64,000 nt of DNA, taken from the NCBI GenBank assembly GCA_964613035.1, contig CAZTFQ010000002.1, positions 21,901 through 85,900 on the forward strand, given 5' to 3'. The DNA comes from an uncultured Christensenellaceae bacterium. Its GTDB lineage: Bacteria; Bacillota; Clostridia; Christensenellales; DTU072. The notes beneath the pieces were generated by a model. It saw only the letters and a list, made by a program, of their open reading frames with translations. It made no database searches and had not been told where the DNA came from. Shown in pieces: positions 45,312-56,623 of the stretch. The translations under genes and the position numbers were made by a program. The number at the start of each line of letters is the position of its first letter. Position 1 is the first letter of the stretch.

Positions 45312-46730
45312 TTACCTCCTAGTGCCGTTTTTAGGATTCCGCGGAGATGTCGGCATCTGACCGATGACGAAAGACGTCGGAACGGCAGCTCTTCTCTGTG
45401 GACGTTTTTTCACGGGTCCCGGGGTCGGCGGACGATTGCCAGCCGGAACGAAACTCGGGAGTTTCTGCGCGCGGTTGCGGAAAATTTTCGGCAAAACCAA
45501 CAGAACCACACCTACGGCAAGGGTAAGCATGACGGGAATATTAACGCATACGACGGCATACTCGTTGCCGAGGAACGCGTCCAGAGTCATCGAAAAATAA
45601 TTGCTCAGGCAATAGTCCGATTCCAGACCGTAAGGTATCGCGAGGAATGCAGGCATCAACATCGCTATTAGGGAGAAGATTATCAACATAATCGCATAGA
45701 TATGAAGTCGACGTCCCGTATAAGTGAAGAGACTGACCACGGACGTTACCAGACCGCACGCGAGGCAAATCAATATTCCAATATAAGAATATAGCGTCGA
45801 GTAAACCGCGAGGCTGTAGAGGACGTTTTCTTTATCGTACTCGCCGTCGGCGTTTTTCTTGATTTCGAGGTACTCGTTCTTTTCGAAAATAAACCTTGCG
45901 TAAAAAGCGTCCGCACCGCTAATCGTCTCGTTGTCCTTCACGAAACTCAAGTCGTACGCGGAGAGCGGTTTGACCTGCGCCACGCCTTTAATTATATCCG
46001 CGAGAGTGACGTCCATCGTCAGCATCCCCAGCTCGTCGTAGAGTCTGACGGTCCCCGGAGTGATCGAAGAGCCGTCGGGGACGTACGGCTCGTACAATCT
46101 TTCGTATCCTTCCGCAAAAGAACCTTGCGGGAAGTCGCCGTCGTTGATTACCGCGTAGTCGAGAGCGTCGGGTCCCAGCTTAAACGAGTACAGCGAGACG
46201 ATATTGAGTCCTCCCGTAGAAGCGGAGATTTCGTCGACCGTATACGACGGAAGTATCATCCCCAGCATCAACACTACCGCTACTATCACGATGAGGACCA
46301 CGTTGATCAGAGGAAGAGAAATTCCGTAATATCTCGTCTTCCTAAAATACTCGTCGAAACGGAAGTCCATCTGGTCGTAAGACGACTCTCTGCCTTTTGA
46401 CGCTTTCGGCTTGATTCCGACCTTTTTCAATTGCTTATATAGCTCGGTGCTGCCGTAATTACCCGCATACACCTTGTCTATCATATTGCGATAAGCCTTC
46501 TTCTTGTCCTTGAGACGACTCTTGGCATTGGGAGACTCGCACTCGGCTATCTCTTGATCGAGCGCGTGAATTTTATCCTCGAGAGCATATATAAGCAACG
46601 CCTCGTCGCGGTTCTGCCACTCGAACGCGTCGGACTCTCTGTCGGCACTTTTTATGAGTTCGCTTCTAGAAGGAAGTTTTTTCTTAACCTCTTTCGCGGA
46701 CTTTTTTTTGTCGTAAGACTTCTTGCTCAT
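45312..46730 (-). CDS. Hypothetical membrane protein with a basic N-terminus and a P/R-rich C-tail
   Basis: 472 aa. Lys-rich N-region. TM helices lie around residues 150-175 and 325-430. Confidence 0.55.
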   Translation of the reverse strand: MSKKSYDKKKSAKEVKKKLPSRSELIKSADRESDAFEWQNRDEALLIYALEDKIHALDQEIAECESPNAKSRLKDKKKAYRNMIDKVYAGNYGSTELYKQLKKVGIKPKASKGRESSYDQMDFRFDEYFRKTRYYGISLPLINVVLIVIVAVVLMLGMILPSYTVDEISASTGGLNIVSLYSFKLGPDALDYAVINDGDFPQGSFAEGYERLYEPYVPDGSSITPGTVRLYDELGMLTMDVTLADIIKGVAQVKPLSAYDLSFVKDNETISGADAFYARFIFEKNEYLEIKKNADGEYDKENVLYSLAVYSTLYSYIGILICLACGLVTSVVSLFTYTGRRLHIYAIMLIIFSLIAMLMPAFLAIPYGLESDYCLSNYFSMTLDAFLGNEYAVVCVNIPVMLTLAVGVVLLVLPKIFRNRAQKLPSFVPAGNRPPTPGPVKKRPQRRAAVPTSFVIGQMPTSPRNPKNGTRR

Positions 46731-46779
46731 ATGAAATTATTATATAATAACGGGCGCGGTTTGTAAACAACTAAATTTT

Positions 46780-48471
46780 TTATCGGCAACCTTTGCGTTC
46801 CACGAGGTAGTTGTCTTCCAAATCATTGTCCGTGACGTGCAAGTCCGTACAGTAAGAAAACTTCATCATCGCACCGTAGGGCTTGCCCTTAAACTCGTTT
46901 TCCGTGACGAGTATTCTGTCCGAATATCTTATGTCGAGAGCGCTCGCATTACAGCCGACCAGGAAAGCGTTTTCTTTAATCAAAATATCTCTGTGGACCG
47001 CTCCGTCGAATCTGCCCACTTCGGGTCTAATTGCTATCGCGGCGTCGCCGCATTCCGTGAATTTATTTCCCGTGATCGTGACGCTCTTAACGGGACCGGA
47101 CTCGTACCAGGAGCGAGCGTCGTCGGCTACCAGTATGCCGCACATCCCCGTCCGACGAAAAGTATTGTCCAGTATGTTGACTCTGCCTCGAGTGGTAACA
47201 AGCACGCCTCTCGTGGATATTTCGGACAAATAATTGCCCGCGAAAAACACGTCGGGGTTGGTTGATAAATTTTCGATTACGGTATCCTTAATGCCAATTT
47301 CGGGAACCTTATCTAACGTTAATTTGATTCTGTACGGATCCGAAAGAACGCTTCTCGAGACCCTTGAGGTAGCGACGTCGAGGAGGGTATTTTTGTCTAC
47401 GAAAACTACCTCGTCGCCCTCTTTGAAGGGATTGAAGCCGTAAGTTTCTTTATGCGAAAAGACTATCGTAACCGTATTACCGTCGATCTCTGTTATAGGG
47501 AAATTGACTCCGTGGACGTTGAGACCGTCGTCGTTGGCACCCGCAAAACAGGAATTGCTGACGAGGATCTTTCCTCTGCACATATTGAAATGTAAAAAGT
47601 CCGTGACCGACGCGATCATTCTGTGAGAATTTTTGCACGGAGAGAAGTTACAATAGTCCAGAGATACGTCTCGGCTGCACTGCGCGACCAGCGCGTGCGA
47701 CATATTGAAGTGCTGGGATACGTTTTCGAGATACACGCCCTCGGACTCGTTGACGACGATACCCGACTCGAGTCTTTTTATATTGATGAGAGCATACGTT
47801 TCGCCCTCTTCTATTCTCGGCGGAAGATAATAGTCGACCGATATGACGCCCTTTTCCTTTTCTCTAATTCTTCTCGCGTGACGGAAGGGATGCGCGCCGC
47901 CTCTCATCGCGCCGTCTTTTCGTCTCGGAACGTATCCTGCCTTAGCCGAGTCGTATCTGCCAGAAAAGCTCCAGTTTTCTCCTTTGAATATAATATCGGT
48001 AGGAGTCATTTCGTAATCGGAATCGGGATGAATTTTGAACTCCGCGCTCAACAATTTTTTGGACGTACAAGTGAGCTCGGAGCAATACGGCGGACGAGAG
48101 TGATCCAGCGTAAGATTTTTGATACGGATTTTTTTACAACGATCGATGAGAATATGCGTCATTGCGCCGTGATAGGACAACGTCGCCCCGCCGAAGTCCA
48201 GCTCGACGTCGGTCAGATCTCTGAAAATAAGCCCGAACGTATGTAGCGGCGTAGGCATATCTTGCTCGCTGAGAGTATTGGTTATGAACAGGACCTCTTT
48301 CGCCGAGGACTCGGCATAGATATCGTAGACACCGCGCTCGAACTTCACCGTAACGCCGTCTTTCTCTTCCTTAAGAGCTTCCGACAACGCGCGAAAATTC
48401 TCCGTGTAATCGCATTTATTATCGCTCGGCACGATGCCGAAACTCTCCGCAAGTATAATTTTTCTATCCAT
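46780..48471 (-). CDS. Right-handed parallel beta-helix (pectin-lyase-fold) protein, possible glycoside hydrolase
   Basis: Repetitive beta-helix signature (NxxxG/ITxxGN...). No signal peptide detected. Confidence 0.6.
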   Translation of the reverse strand: MDRKIILAESFGIVPSDNKCDYTENFRALSEALKEEKDGVTVKFERGVYDIYAESSAKEVLFITNTLSEQDMPTPLHTFGLIFRDLTDVELDFGGATLSYHGAMTHILIDRCKKIRIKNLTLDHSRPPYCSELTCTSKKLLSAEFKIHPDSDYEMTPTDIIFKGENWSFSGRYDSAKAGYVPRRKDGAMRGGAHPFRHARRIREKEKGVISVDYYLPPRIEEGETYALINIKRLESGIVVNESEGVYLENVSQHFNMSHALVAQCSRDVSLDYCNFSPCKNSHRMIASVTDFLHFNMCRGKILVSNSCFAGANDDGLNVHGVNFPITEIDGNTVTIVFSHKETYGFNPFKEGDEVVFVDKNTLLDVATSRVSRSVLSDPYRIKLTLDKVPEIGIKDTVIENLSTNPDVFFAGNYLSEISTRGVLVTTRGRVNILDNTFRRTGMCGILVADDARSWYESGPVKSVTITGNKFTECGDAAIAIRPEVGRFDGAVHRDILIKENAFLVGCNASALDIRYSDRILVTENEFKGKPYGAMMKFSYCTDLHVTDNDLEDNYLVERKGCR

Positions 48472-48766
48472 ATTAGGCTCCTTTCTCGTAAATTATATCA
48501 TATATCTCAATCAACAACAATTGTTTTTCCGTAACGACGTTTTTAACGAAGTTTTTCTTGCGGCTAAATCGATTTTCGCAAAAGGTTTCTACAAAATTTT
48601 CATCGACAACGGTTATACGTCGATATCTCGGCGCATAGCAATAATTGTGGACAACTCGGTGGATAACTCGAGACTTTGTGAATAACTTCACGCGATTTTT
48701 GTCAAATAACTTGTCGAGGGGAGTCGATAGCGCCGTGTCCGGGAAACTATTTGGAGGGAAATAAAA

Positions 48767-49513
48767 ATGTTTGTCGTAATTAAAAGAAAAACCGTCATAG
48801 CCGCCGCAATGATTCTCATAACGATCGTTGCCGTATCTTCCGCCGTCGGAGTGTGTCTGGCGGGAATAGAAAGCGTGGCTGACGACGACGCATACGTAGT
48901 GGTACTGGATGCGGGTCACGGCGGAGTGGACGGAGGCGTCAAAGGCGCCGAAAGCGGCGTATACGAGAGAGAAATCAATCTCCTCATCGTCCGTGAAACG
49001 GAAAAATTGTTGACCGACAACGGTATCAAGGTAGTCCTCACCCGAGAAAACGAAAACGGGCTCTACGACATCGTTGAAGAGGGATTCAAAAAGAAAGACT
49101 TCGCCGCAAGAAAAGCCGTTATAGAAAACGCCGACGCAGATCTCGTAGTCAGTATACATTGCAATAAGTTCCCCGACAAATCCAGAAGAGGCGCGCAATG
49201 CTTCTTCGAACAGACCTCGGACGCGTCCGTCCGACTGGCGGAAACCATCCAAAACGCCCTCAATCCTCTCAACGAAAGAGAACTGTCCAAAACCTATTCC
49301 GCGTTAAAAGGCGACTATTTCATGCTAAAATGCTCCTACGCACCGTCCGCGATAGTGGAATGCGGCTTTTTATCCAATCCCGAAGACGACCGCCTCCTCA
49401 ATACCCCCTCTTATCGCACAGAAATCGCCCGCGCCATAGCCGACGCAATACTCGCGTATAAATCAACCTCTGCGGATTCCGTGCCGACGCCTCTCCCTAG
49501 CGGCACTTCGTGA
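48767..49513 (+). CDS. N-acetylmuramoyl-L-alanine amidase (Amidase_3, CwlD-like)
   Basis: VVVLDAGHGGVDGG...EREINL...DADLVVSIHCN. Signal/TM N-terminus. RBS GGAGGGAAA. Confidence 0.85.
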   Translation: MFVVIKRKTVIAAAMILITIVAVSSAVGVCLAGIESVADDDAYVVVLDAGHGGVDGGVKGAESGVYEREINLLIVRETEKLLTDNGIKVVLTRENENGLYDIVEEGFKKKDFAARKAVIENADADLVVSIHCNKFPDKSRRGAQCFFEQTSDASVRLAETIQNALNPLNERELSKTYSALKGDYFMLKCSYAPSAIVECGFLSNPEDDRLLNTPSYRTEIARAIADAILAYKSTSADSVPTPLPSGTS

Positions 49514-49592
49514 ACTTGCTCGACTTGTTCGACGTTGGCTGCTTGTACAACATCGCTTTGCGATTAGAGTTTACGCAGCCCGTCTGCGCTAA

Positions 49593-49620
49593 AAAGCACA
49601 TCCGTACGGACGTGCTTTTT
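49593..49620. terminator. Bidirectional terminator-like hairpin (unit 1 of a tandem repeat)
   Basis: AAAAAGCACATCCGTACGGACGTGCTTTTT. Confidence 0.5.
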
Positions 49621-49741
49621 GATTTAGTTTTGGTTCTTTAATACTAGGTATTTTCGATTAGACGCGGTGTCAGACTGCTCGACGTTGATTGCTTTTATTC
49701 CGTCACATGCGTGACTTGGGCGTACGCAATCCGTCTCCGCT

Positions 49742-49770
49742 AAAAAGGATGTCACGAGGACATCCTTTTT
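49742..49770. terminator. Bidirectional terminator-like hairpin (unit 2)
   Basis: AAAAAGGATGTCACGAGGACATCCTTTTT. Confidence 0.5.
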
Positions 49771-49921
49771 GGTTTGAGTTTGGTTTACTATAAGGTTTCT
49801 TTTCGATTTGATTGGTGCGTATAGAAGACAAGGGAGTAACGCAGCCGCGACGTGTACTATAACGTACTCGAGCGGTGAGTAACGCACCTTAACGCACTAG
49901 ACGCGCCGAGATAATCGAAAA

Positions 49922-51010
49922 TCACACGTTGAAGCGGTATATCACTACATCCCCGTCCTGCATCACGTAGTCCTTACCCTCGCTACGGACTTTTCCCTTC
50001 TCTCGAGCGGCGGTCCAGCTGCCGCACTCTACCAACGTTTCGTATGATACGACTTCCGCACGGATGAAACCTCTCTCGAAATCGGAGTGGATTTTCCCTG
50101 CCGCCTGAGGGGCTTTGGTTCCCTTTTCTATCGTCCAGGCGCGGGTTTCCTTTTCACCTGCGGTGAGATAGCTGATGAGCCCCAGGAGCTCATAGCACGC
50201 GGCGATCATTTTGTCGAGACCGGACTCCTTGATGCCGAGCTCTTCTATAAACATTGCCGCTTCTTCTTCCGGAAGAGCCGCCAGTTCTTCTTCCAATCTG
50301 CAACTGAGGGCAATGACCTCGGAACGGTCCGCGGCAGCGTATTCACGGACTTTGAGGACGTTTTCGTTGGTGTTTTCATCGTCGTCTTCGCCGATATTTG
50401 CACAATAGATAACCTTCTTGTCGGTCAGGAGGAACTGCTCTTTGACCAGGGCTCTTTCTTCGTCGGTAAGGTCTGCGCTACGGGCGGGTTTCCCGTCGTT
50501 GAGGGTAGAGAGAACTTTATTAAAAACGTCTATCTCCGTCTGATACTTTTTGTCTCCCGACTTAAGCGAGGTGCGCGCCTTGTCGATGCGGCGGTTGATA
50601 GTCTCGATGTCTGCGAGGATAAGCTCCGTGTTGATCGTATCTATATCGCGGACGGGGTCTACGGAGCCGTCGACGTGGGTTACGTCGGGGTTTTCGAAGC
50701 ATCTGACGACGTGTACGATAGCGTCCACTTCTCTTATATGCGAGAGGAATTTGTTTCCGAGACCTTCTCCTTTGGATGCGCCTTTTACCAGTCCCGCGAT
50801 GTCGACGAATTCTATCGTCGTATATACTTTACTCTTGCTGTTGAACAAGTCCGTGAGCACGTCTACGCGCTTGTCTTTGACGGCGACCATGCCGACGTTG
50901 GGTTCGATCGTACAGAAAGGATAATTCTGCGCCATCGCGCCTGCGTTGGTTATTGCGTTAAAAAGTGTCGATTTGCCGACGTTGGGCAGTCCTACTACGC
51001 CTAATTTCAT
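49922..51010 (-). CDS. ychF: Ribosome-binding ATPase YchF
   Basis: Obg-family G1 motif GLPNVGKST. 362 aa with a TGS domain C-terminus. Confidence 0.9.
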   Translation of the reverse strand: MKLGVVGLPNVGKSTLFNAITNAGAMAQNYPFCTIEPNVGMVAVKDKRVDVLTDLFNSKSKVYTTIEFVDIAGLVKGASKGEGLGNKFLSHIREVDAIVHVVRCFENPDVTHVDGSVDPVRDIDTINTELILADIETINRRIDKARTSLKSGDKKYQTEIDVFNKVLSTLNDGKPARSADLTDEERALVKEQFLLTDKKVIYCANIGEDDDENTNENVLKVREYAAADRSEVIALSCRLEEELAALPEEEAAMFIEELGIKESGLDKMIAACYELLGLISYLTAGEKETRAWTIEKGTKAPQAAGKIHSDFERGFIRAEVVSYETLVECGSWTAAREKGKVRSEGKDYVMQDGDVVIYRFNV

Positions 51011-51078
51011 ACTAATTGCCTCCGAAATAACTGCATATATTGTATCATATCGGACTTGAAGTGTAAAGGAGAAACGCT

Positions 51079-51855
51079 ATGGAAGAATACCTGGAAGCGG
51101 TGCTTGCCGGAGCGGTGCAAGGGCTGACGGAATTTTTGCCTATATCCAGTTCGGGACATCTGGCGCTGTTATCTCTACTCGGAATCGACACGGGCGGAGT
51201 GTTCTTGACCGTGATGCTGCATTTAGGCTCTCTGATATCGGTGGTAATCGTATATAGGAAAAAGCTGTTTTCCGTACTGCGACATCCTTTTAAGAAACCT
51301 GCCGTGCTTCTATACGTCGCAACGGGAATAAGTTTTTTTATAGTCGGGAGCGTACGACTTCTTTTCGGCGAAACAATCGAACTTCTTTTCTCGTCGCCTC
51401 TTTCTCTGTCGATAAGCTTTTCAGTGACGTCCGTTCTGCTTTTCTTATGCGACGTAATTAAAAAGCGCAACAAGGATATAACGCCAGTCTCCGCGCTGGC
51501 GATAGGCGCGGTCCAAGGCGTGGCGGCGATCTTCCCCGGATTATCGCGAAGCGGCTCGACCATAACCGCGGGGGTAGTTGTAGGAACGGACAAGGAAAAA
51601 GCCGCCGACTTCAGTTTTCTATTATCCGTACCCGTCATTATCGGAGCGGCGCTCTTCGAAGTCCTATCCGTCGTCGTAGACGGCACGACCGTAGACGTTG
51701 ACGTTCTGCCGACAATCGCAGGAGTAATTACCGCGGCATTAACGGGCACCGCGTCCGTCCTCATTCTTATTAAAGCCGTTAAGCGAGGACAACTGTATCC
51801 GTTCGGACTGTACACTCTTGCGTTATCGTTATTTATAGCGGTTTTCTTTGTTTAG
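51079..51855 (+). CDS. uppP: Undecaprenyl-diphosphatase
   Basis: GLTEFLPISSSGHL and PGLSRSGSTI motifs. 8 TM helices. Confidence 0.9.
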   Translation: MEEYLEAVLAGAVQGLTEFLPISSSGHLALLSLLGIDTGGVFLTVMLHLGSLISVVIVYRKKLFSVLRHPFKKPAVLLYVATGISFFIVGSVRLLFGETIELLFSSPLSLSISFSVTSVLLFLCDVIKKRNKDITPVSALAIGAVQGVAAIFPGLSRSGSTITAGVVVGTDKEKAADFSFLLSVPVIIGAALFEVLSVVVDGTTVDVDVLPTIAGVITAALTGTASVLILIKAVKRGQLYPFGLYTLALSLFIAVFFV

Positions 51856-51914
51856 GTATCCGTATACGGCATTACGGTAGCCTTAATCAACTATTTATCC
51901 GCATTTAAGACAAG

Positions 51915-51944
51915 GAAAAAGCCCGATTGCTCGGGCTTCTTTTG
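51915..51944. terminator. Bidirectional terminator between the convergent uppP and gyrA
   Basis: AAAAAGCCCGA-TTGC-TCGGGCTTCTTTT. Confidence 0.6.
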
Positions 51945-51952
51945 TAACGATA

Positions 51953-54538
51953 TTATTTGCTTTCGGGTTCCGTCGGAGCTTCCGCGGGAGCCTCTGTCTG
52001 TACCGAAGGAGCTTCGGCGGCTTCGGGCGCGGGGTTGACGATATTGCCGTCCTCGTCGAATACGTCGTATTGAGCCTCGTCGTCGTGAGGAGTGAGCGCC
52101 ATTGCCATGACCTTGGCGTCGCCTCTCTGTCTCATGACGATAACGCCCTGAGCGGCTCTGCCGGTCTTCCTTATCTGCTCGGCTTTAATTCTGATCATTA
52201 TGCCGGAGTCGCTTATGATAATGATATCGTCATCGTCGGGGCTGACGAGTTTTTGGTTGACTATTCTTCCGGTCTTGTCGGTGAAGTTGCCCGCTTTGAT
52301 ACCCTTACCGGCTCTGCCTTGCAGACGATACTCGTCGAGAGAACAACGTTTTCCGTAACCCTTCTCGGTTATCGTGACGACTTCTTTGCTTTCGTCGACC
52401 AGCGCGAGATCGACTATGCTGTCGTCCTCGTCTATCTTCATCGACTTGACGCCCATGCTTTCTCTACCGGTAGGACGAACGGTGTCTTCGGAGAATCTGA
52501 TGCACTTGCCTTCCGCGGAAGCCATCATCAGCTCGGCGTTACCGTCGGTCTTAAGGACTCCGACCAGCTCGTCGCCTTCCTGGAGCGTTATGCACTTCTT
52601 GCCGTTGGCGCGGATCTTTTTGAATTCCGCCATATCGGTCTTCTTAATAAGTCCCTTTTTAGTCGCCATGACGAGATATCCGTCCTGATACTCGCTCATA
52701 TTGAGAAGCGACGTAATTTTTTCACCGGGTTGGAGCGGAAGTATATTGACGATGGCTCTGCCCTTGGACGTCTTGGTCGCCTCGGGTATCTCGTATCCCA
52801 TCAGGAAGTAGACTCTGCCGAAGTTGGAGAAGAACAATATTCCGTCGTGCGTATTGGTGGTGAAGATGGACGAAACGAAGTCTTCTTCCTTGGTCTTGTG
52901 CGCGGTTACGCCTATGCCGCCTCTGTTTTGGACTCTGTATTCGTCCACGGGAAGTCTCTTGATATATCCGCCGTAGGTCATGGAAACGACCACGTCTTCT
53001 CTCTCGATGAGGTCCGCAATGTTGATTTCGGAAGAGTCGTACGACAGCTCCGAGCGACGCGGTACGCCGTACTTTTCTTTAATCGTAAGAAGGTCTTCTT
53101 TTATAATCGTTCTGACTCTCTCGGGCTTGTCGAGAATGTCGAGATAATCCGCTATGGCGGCGTGAAGTTCGGCAAGTTCCGCCTTGAGCTTTTCCACTTC
53201 CAGACTCGTAAGAGTACGGAGTTTCATCTCCACTATTGCGGTGGCTTGTCTTTCCGACAGATCGAATCTTACCATTAAGTTGTTGATGGCGTCCTTGGCG
53301 TCGGAACTGCGTTTGATTATAGCAACGACTTCGTCGATATTGTTCTGCGCGATGACCAGACCTTCCACGATATGGGCTCTTTCTCTTGCTTTCTGGAGAT
53401 TGAAGCGAGTGCGTCTCTCTATAACTTCTATCTGGTGCGCGACGTACGCCTCGAGCATCTCTTTAAGATTGCATATCTTAGGCGCACCGTTGACCAGCGC
53501 GAGGAATATGATACCCTCTTTGACCTGAAGAGCGGTCTGTTTATACAGAGAATTGAGCACGACCTGCGCGGAGAAGTCCTTCTTAATGTCGATGACTATT
53601 CTCATACCGGTACGGTCGGAATGCTCGTGAATGTTGGATATTCCGTCCAGCTTCTTGTCTTTGACCTGCTGAGCGATATTCTTGAGCATATCTTCCTTAA
53701 TAATCTGATACGGTATCTCGGTGACGACTATACTCTCTCTGCCGTTGTTTTCTTCTATCTCGCACTTGGCGCGGATAACGACGCCGCCGTGACCGGTGCG
53801 ATACGCCTCTTTTATCGCGGCGCGACCCAAAACCAAACCTCCCGTCGGATAATCGGGAGCGGGGATATATTTCATCAGATCGTCGATCGTGATATCGGGA
53901 TCGTCGATGAGGGCGACAGTACCGTCGATAACCTCGGCAAGGTTGTGAGGAGGAATGTTGGTCGCCATACCTACCGCGATACCTTCCGTTCCGTTAACGA
54001 GCAGATTGGGAAATCTTGCGGGCAGAACGACGGGTTGCAAGAGAGTATCGTCGTAGTTGGGGTAAAAGTCGACCGTTTCTTTGTCGATGTCTCTTAACAA
54101 CTCCGCGGCAATCTTAGAAAGTCTCGCCTCGGTGTATCTCATTGCGGCGGGCTTGTCGCCGTCGATACTTCCGAAGTTGCCCTGACCGTCGATGAGCGGG
54201 TGATTGATGGAGAAAGGCTGCGCCATACGAGCCAGAGCTTCATATATGGACGAGTCTCCGTGAGGGTGATATTTACCCATAACGTCACCGACTATACGGG
54301 CGCATTTTTTATGAGGAGAGGTATAATAATTGCTAGCCTCGTTCATCGAGAAGAGTATTCTTCTCTGCACCGGCTTAAGACCGTCTCTTACGTCCGGAAT
54401 GGCACGCGACGCGTTGACCGCCATCGCATAGCTAATGAAGCTGTTTTCCATCTCGTCGCGGATGTTTTTATGGAGAATCTTGGTTTTTGACAAAGACTCT
54501 CTGATTTTTTCTACGTCTATATGCTTATTGGATGCCAT
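51953..54538 (-). CDS. gyrA: DNA gyrase subunit A
   Basis: [10 protein letters not shown] active-site region. 861 aa including C-terminal beta-pinwheel repeats. Confidence 0.95.
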   Translation of the reverse strand: MASNKHIDVEKIRESLSKTKILHKNIRDEMENSFISYAMAVNASRAIPDVRDGLKPVQRRILFSMNEASNYYTSPHKKCARIVGDVMGKYHPHGDSSIYEALARMAQPFSINHPLIDGQGNFGSIDGDKPAAMRYTEARLSKIAAELLRDIDKETVDFYPNYDDTLLQPVVLPARFPNLLVNGTEGIAVGMATNIPPHNLAEVIDGTVALIDDPDITIDDLMKYIPAPDYPTGGLVLGRAAIKEAYRTGHGGVVIRAKCEIEENNGRESIVVTEIPYQIIKEDMLKNIAQQVKDKKLDGISNIHEHSDRTGMRIVIDIKKDFSAQVVLNSLYKQTALQVKEGIIFLALVNGAPKICNLKEMLEAYVAHQIEVIERRTRFNLQKARERAHIVEGLVIAQNNIDEVVAIIKRSSDAKDAINNLMVRFDLSERQATAIVEMKLRTLTSLEVEKLKAELAELHAAIADYLDILDKPERVRTIIKEDLLTIKEKYGVPRRSELSYDSSEINIADLIEREDVVVSMTYGGYIKRLPVDEYRVQNRGGIGVTAHKTKEEDFVSSIFTTNTHDGILFFSNFGRVYFLMGYEIPEATKTSKGRAIVNILPLQPGEKITSLLNMSEYQDGYLVMATKKGLIKKTDMAEFKKIRANGKKCITLQEGDELVGVLKTDGNAELMMASAEGKCIRFSEDTVRPTGRESMGVKSMKIDEDDSIVDLALVDESKEVVTITEKGYGKRCSLDEYRLQGRAGKGIKAGNFTDKTGRIVNQKLVSPDDDDIIIISDSGIMIRIKAEQIRKTGRAAQGVIVMRQRGDAKVMAMALTPHDDEAQYDVFDEDGNIVNPAPEAAEAPSVQTEAPAEAPTEPESK

Positions 54539-54548
54539 AACTCACCTC

Positions 54549-56468
54549 TTATACGTCCAAATCCTCGATAGAACGCGCGTGCGTCTCTATAAATTCTCTT
54601 CTGAGCTCGGGAGCGTCTCCCATGAGCATGGTAAATATCGCGTCGGCTTCCACCGCGTCTTCCATCGTTATTCTGACCAGAGTCCTCGTCTCGGGGTTCA
54701 TCGTGGTCTCAAAGAGCTGATCGGCGTTCATTTCGCCCAAGCCTTTATAACGTTGTTGATCGACCTTTTTAGTGCCGTTTTCGCTCATTTCCGCCATAGC
54801 TACCTTCAGCTCGGCGTCGTCGTAACAGTATCTGACCTCCTTGCCTCTGGACAGCTTATAGAGAGGCGGCAGTGCGGAATACACGTGTCCCTGCGCGATA
54901 AGCTCGGGCATGAATCGGAAAAAGAATGTAAGCAACAATATTCTGATGTGAGAGCCGTCGACGTCGGCATCGGTCATACAGATGATGCGGTCGTAGCGGA
55001 GCTTGTTGATATCGAAGTCTTCCTTATATCCGCACCCGAAAGCCTTAATCATGGCTTGTATTTCTTTGTTGTCGAGTATCTGATGCTCTCTGGCTTTTTC
55101 TACGTTAAGAATTTTACCTCTTAACGGCAATATCGCCTGAAATTCTCTCATTCTGCCGGTTTTGGCAGAACCGCCTGCCGAGTCACCCTCGACGATGAAA
55201 ATTTCGCAGTTGTGAGGATCCGTATCCACGCAGTCGGCGAGTTTTTCGGGCATACCGCCGCCGCCGAAGATGTCTTTACGGGTCTGCTCCTTAACCTTAC
55301 GGAGTTTTTCTCTGACTTGCTGAGCGTTGTACGCCTTGGTTACCAGAGTACGGGCAAGCCCCGGATTCTCTTCGAAGAGCTCTCCCAATTTATCTCCCAC
55401 TATCTTGTTGACGAGAGTCCTCATCTCGGCGTTGCCGAGCTTCGTCTTGGTCTGCCCTTCGAACTGCGGATCGGAGAGCTTGACAGATATTACGGCGGTT
55501 AAACCTTCTCTGACGTCTTCTCCGGAGAGCTTGTCTTTATCCTTATCCTTAAGGACCTTAAGGTCGTAACCCGCATTATTGAAGACTCTGGTGAGAGCGG
55601 TCTTGAGACCCTCTAAGTGTGCGCCGCCTTCTTCCGTGTTGATATTGTTGGCGTAGGTAAAAATCGTCTCGTTGTAGCCCTCGTTAAACTGAAGCGCCAG
55701 CTCGACTTCTTTGTTCTCCAATATCTCTTCGATATAAATGACGTCTGCGAGGACGTTTTTACCCTTGTTGAGCTGCTCGACGAATTGCTTGATACCGCCT
55801 TCGTAGTGGAACTTCTCTTCCTTTTCCTGACCTTCTCTTAAGTCCTGAGCATTGATGATGAGTCCCTTGTTAAGATACGCCAGCTCTCTGAGTCTGCCTT
55901 TCATCGTATCGTAATTGAAGACGATGGAATCAAATATCTCGGGATCGGGCCAGAAGGTTACTCTGGTACCCGTTTTCTCGGTCTTGCCTATTACCGTAAG
56001 AGGAGCGTCTGGGATACCTCTGTGATAGGTCTGGGCGTAAATATTGCCGTTTTGATAAACCTCTATATAAAACTTCTCCGAAAGCGCGTTGACGCACGAC
56101 ACGCCTACGCCGTGGAGACCTCCGGATATTTTATAGCCGCCGCCGCCGAACTTACCGCCTGCGTGGAGCTTGGTAAGTACTACCTCTACAGCCGACTTAC
56201 CTTCTTTTTCTATAATTCCGGTAGGTATACCTCTGCCGTTGTCTATTACCGTGCACGAGCCGTCTTTTTCTATGCGGACGATTATTTCCGTACAATAACC
56301 GGCGAGAGCCTCGTCGATAGAGTTGTCGACAACCTCGGTGATTAAGTGATGAAGTCCCTTGACGTCAGTCGTGCCGATGTACATACCGGGTCTCTTCCGG
56401 ACGGGTTCCAACCCCTCCAGAACCTGTATGGCACTCTGGTCGTAAGAATTCCGTACCTGTTCGCTCAT
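54549..56468 (-). CDS. gyrB: DNA gyrase subunit B
   Basis: GHKL ATPase N-domain and Toprim EGDSAGGSAK. 639 aa. Confidence 0.95.
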   Translation of the reverse strand: MSEQVRNSYDQSAIQVLEGLEPVRKRPGMYIGTTDVKGLHHLITEVVDNSIDEALAGYCTEIIVRIEKDGSCTVIDNGRGIPTGIIEKEGKSAVEVVLTKLHAGGKFGGGGYKISGGLHGVGVSCVNALSEKFYIEVYQNGNIYAQTYHRGIPDAPLTVIGKTEKTGTRVTFWPDPEIFDSIVFNYDTMKGRLRELAYLNKGLIINAQDLREGQEKEEKFHYEGGIKQFVEQLNKGKNVLADVIYIEEILENKEVELALQFNEGYNETIFTYANNINTEEGGAHLEGLKTALTRVFNNAGYDLKVLKDKDKDKLSGEDVREGLTAVISVKLSDPQFEGQTKTKLGNAEMRTLVNKIVGDKLGELFEENPGLARTLVTKAYNAQQVREKLRKVKEQTRKDIFGGGGMPEKLADCVDTDPHNCEIFIVEGDSAGGSAKTGRMREFQAILPLRGKILNVEKAREHQILDNKEIQAMIKAFGCGYKEDFDINKLRYDRIICMTDADVDGSHIRILLLTFFFRFMPELIAQGHVYSALPPLYKLSRGKEVRYCYDDAELKVAMAEMSENGTKKVDQQRYKGLGEMNADQLFETTMNPETRTLVRITMEDAVEADAIFTMLMGDAPELRREFIETHARSIEDLDV

Positions 56469-56623
56469 AAGAATCTCCTAAATTAGAATTTGGATTTATT
56501 TTATCATATATTATATTAAATGTAAAGTAATAATTAAAATAAACGCGCGCATACGTGTGTACGCACATATTACGCGCGTTATGCGCGCGCACGCGCGCAT
56601 ACATATATAAATTGTATCTTGCA

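Noticed and set aside
48473-49252. 259-aa ORF on the minus strand overlapping the amidase gene
   Set aside because: It is antisense to a well-supported Amidase_3 CDS with RBS and signal peptide. It has no RBS and no recognisable protein features. The upstream 48472-48766 is better explained as an intergenic regulatory region.
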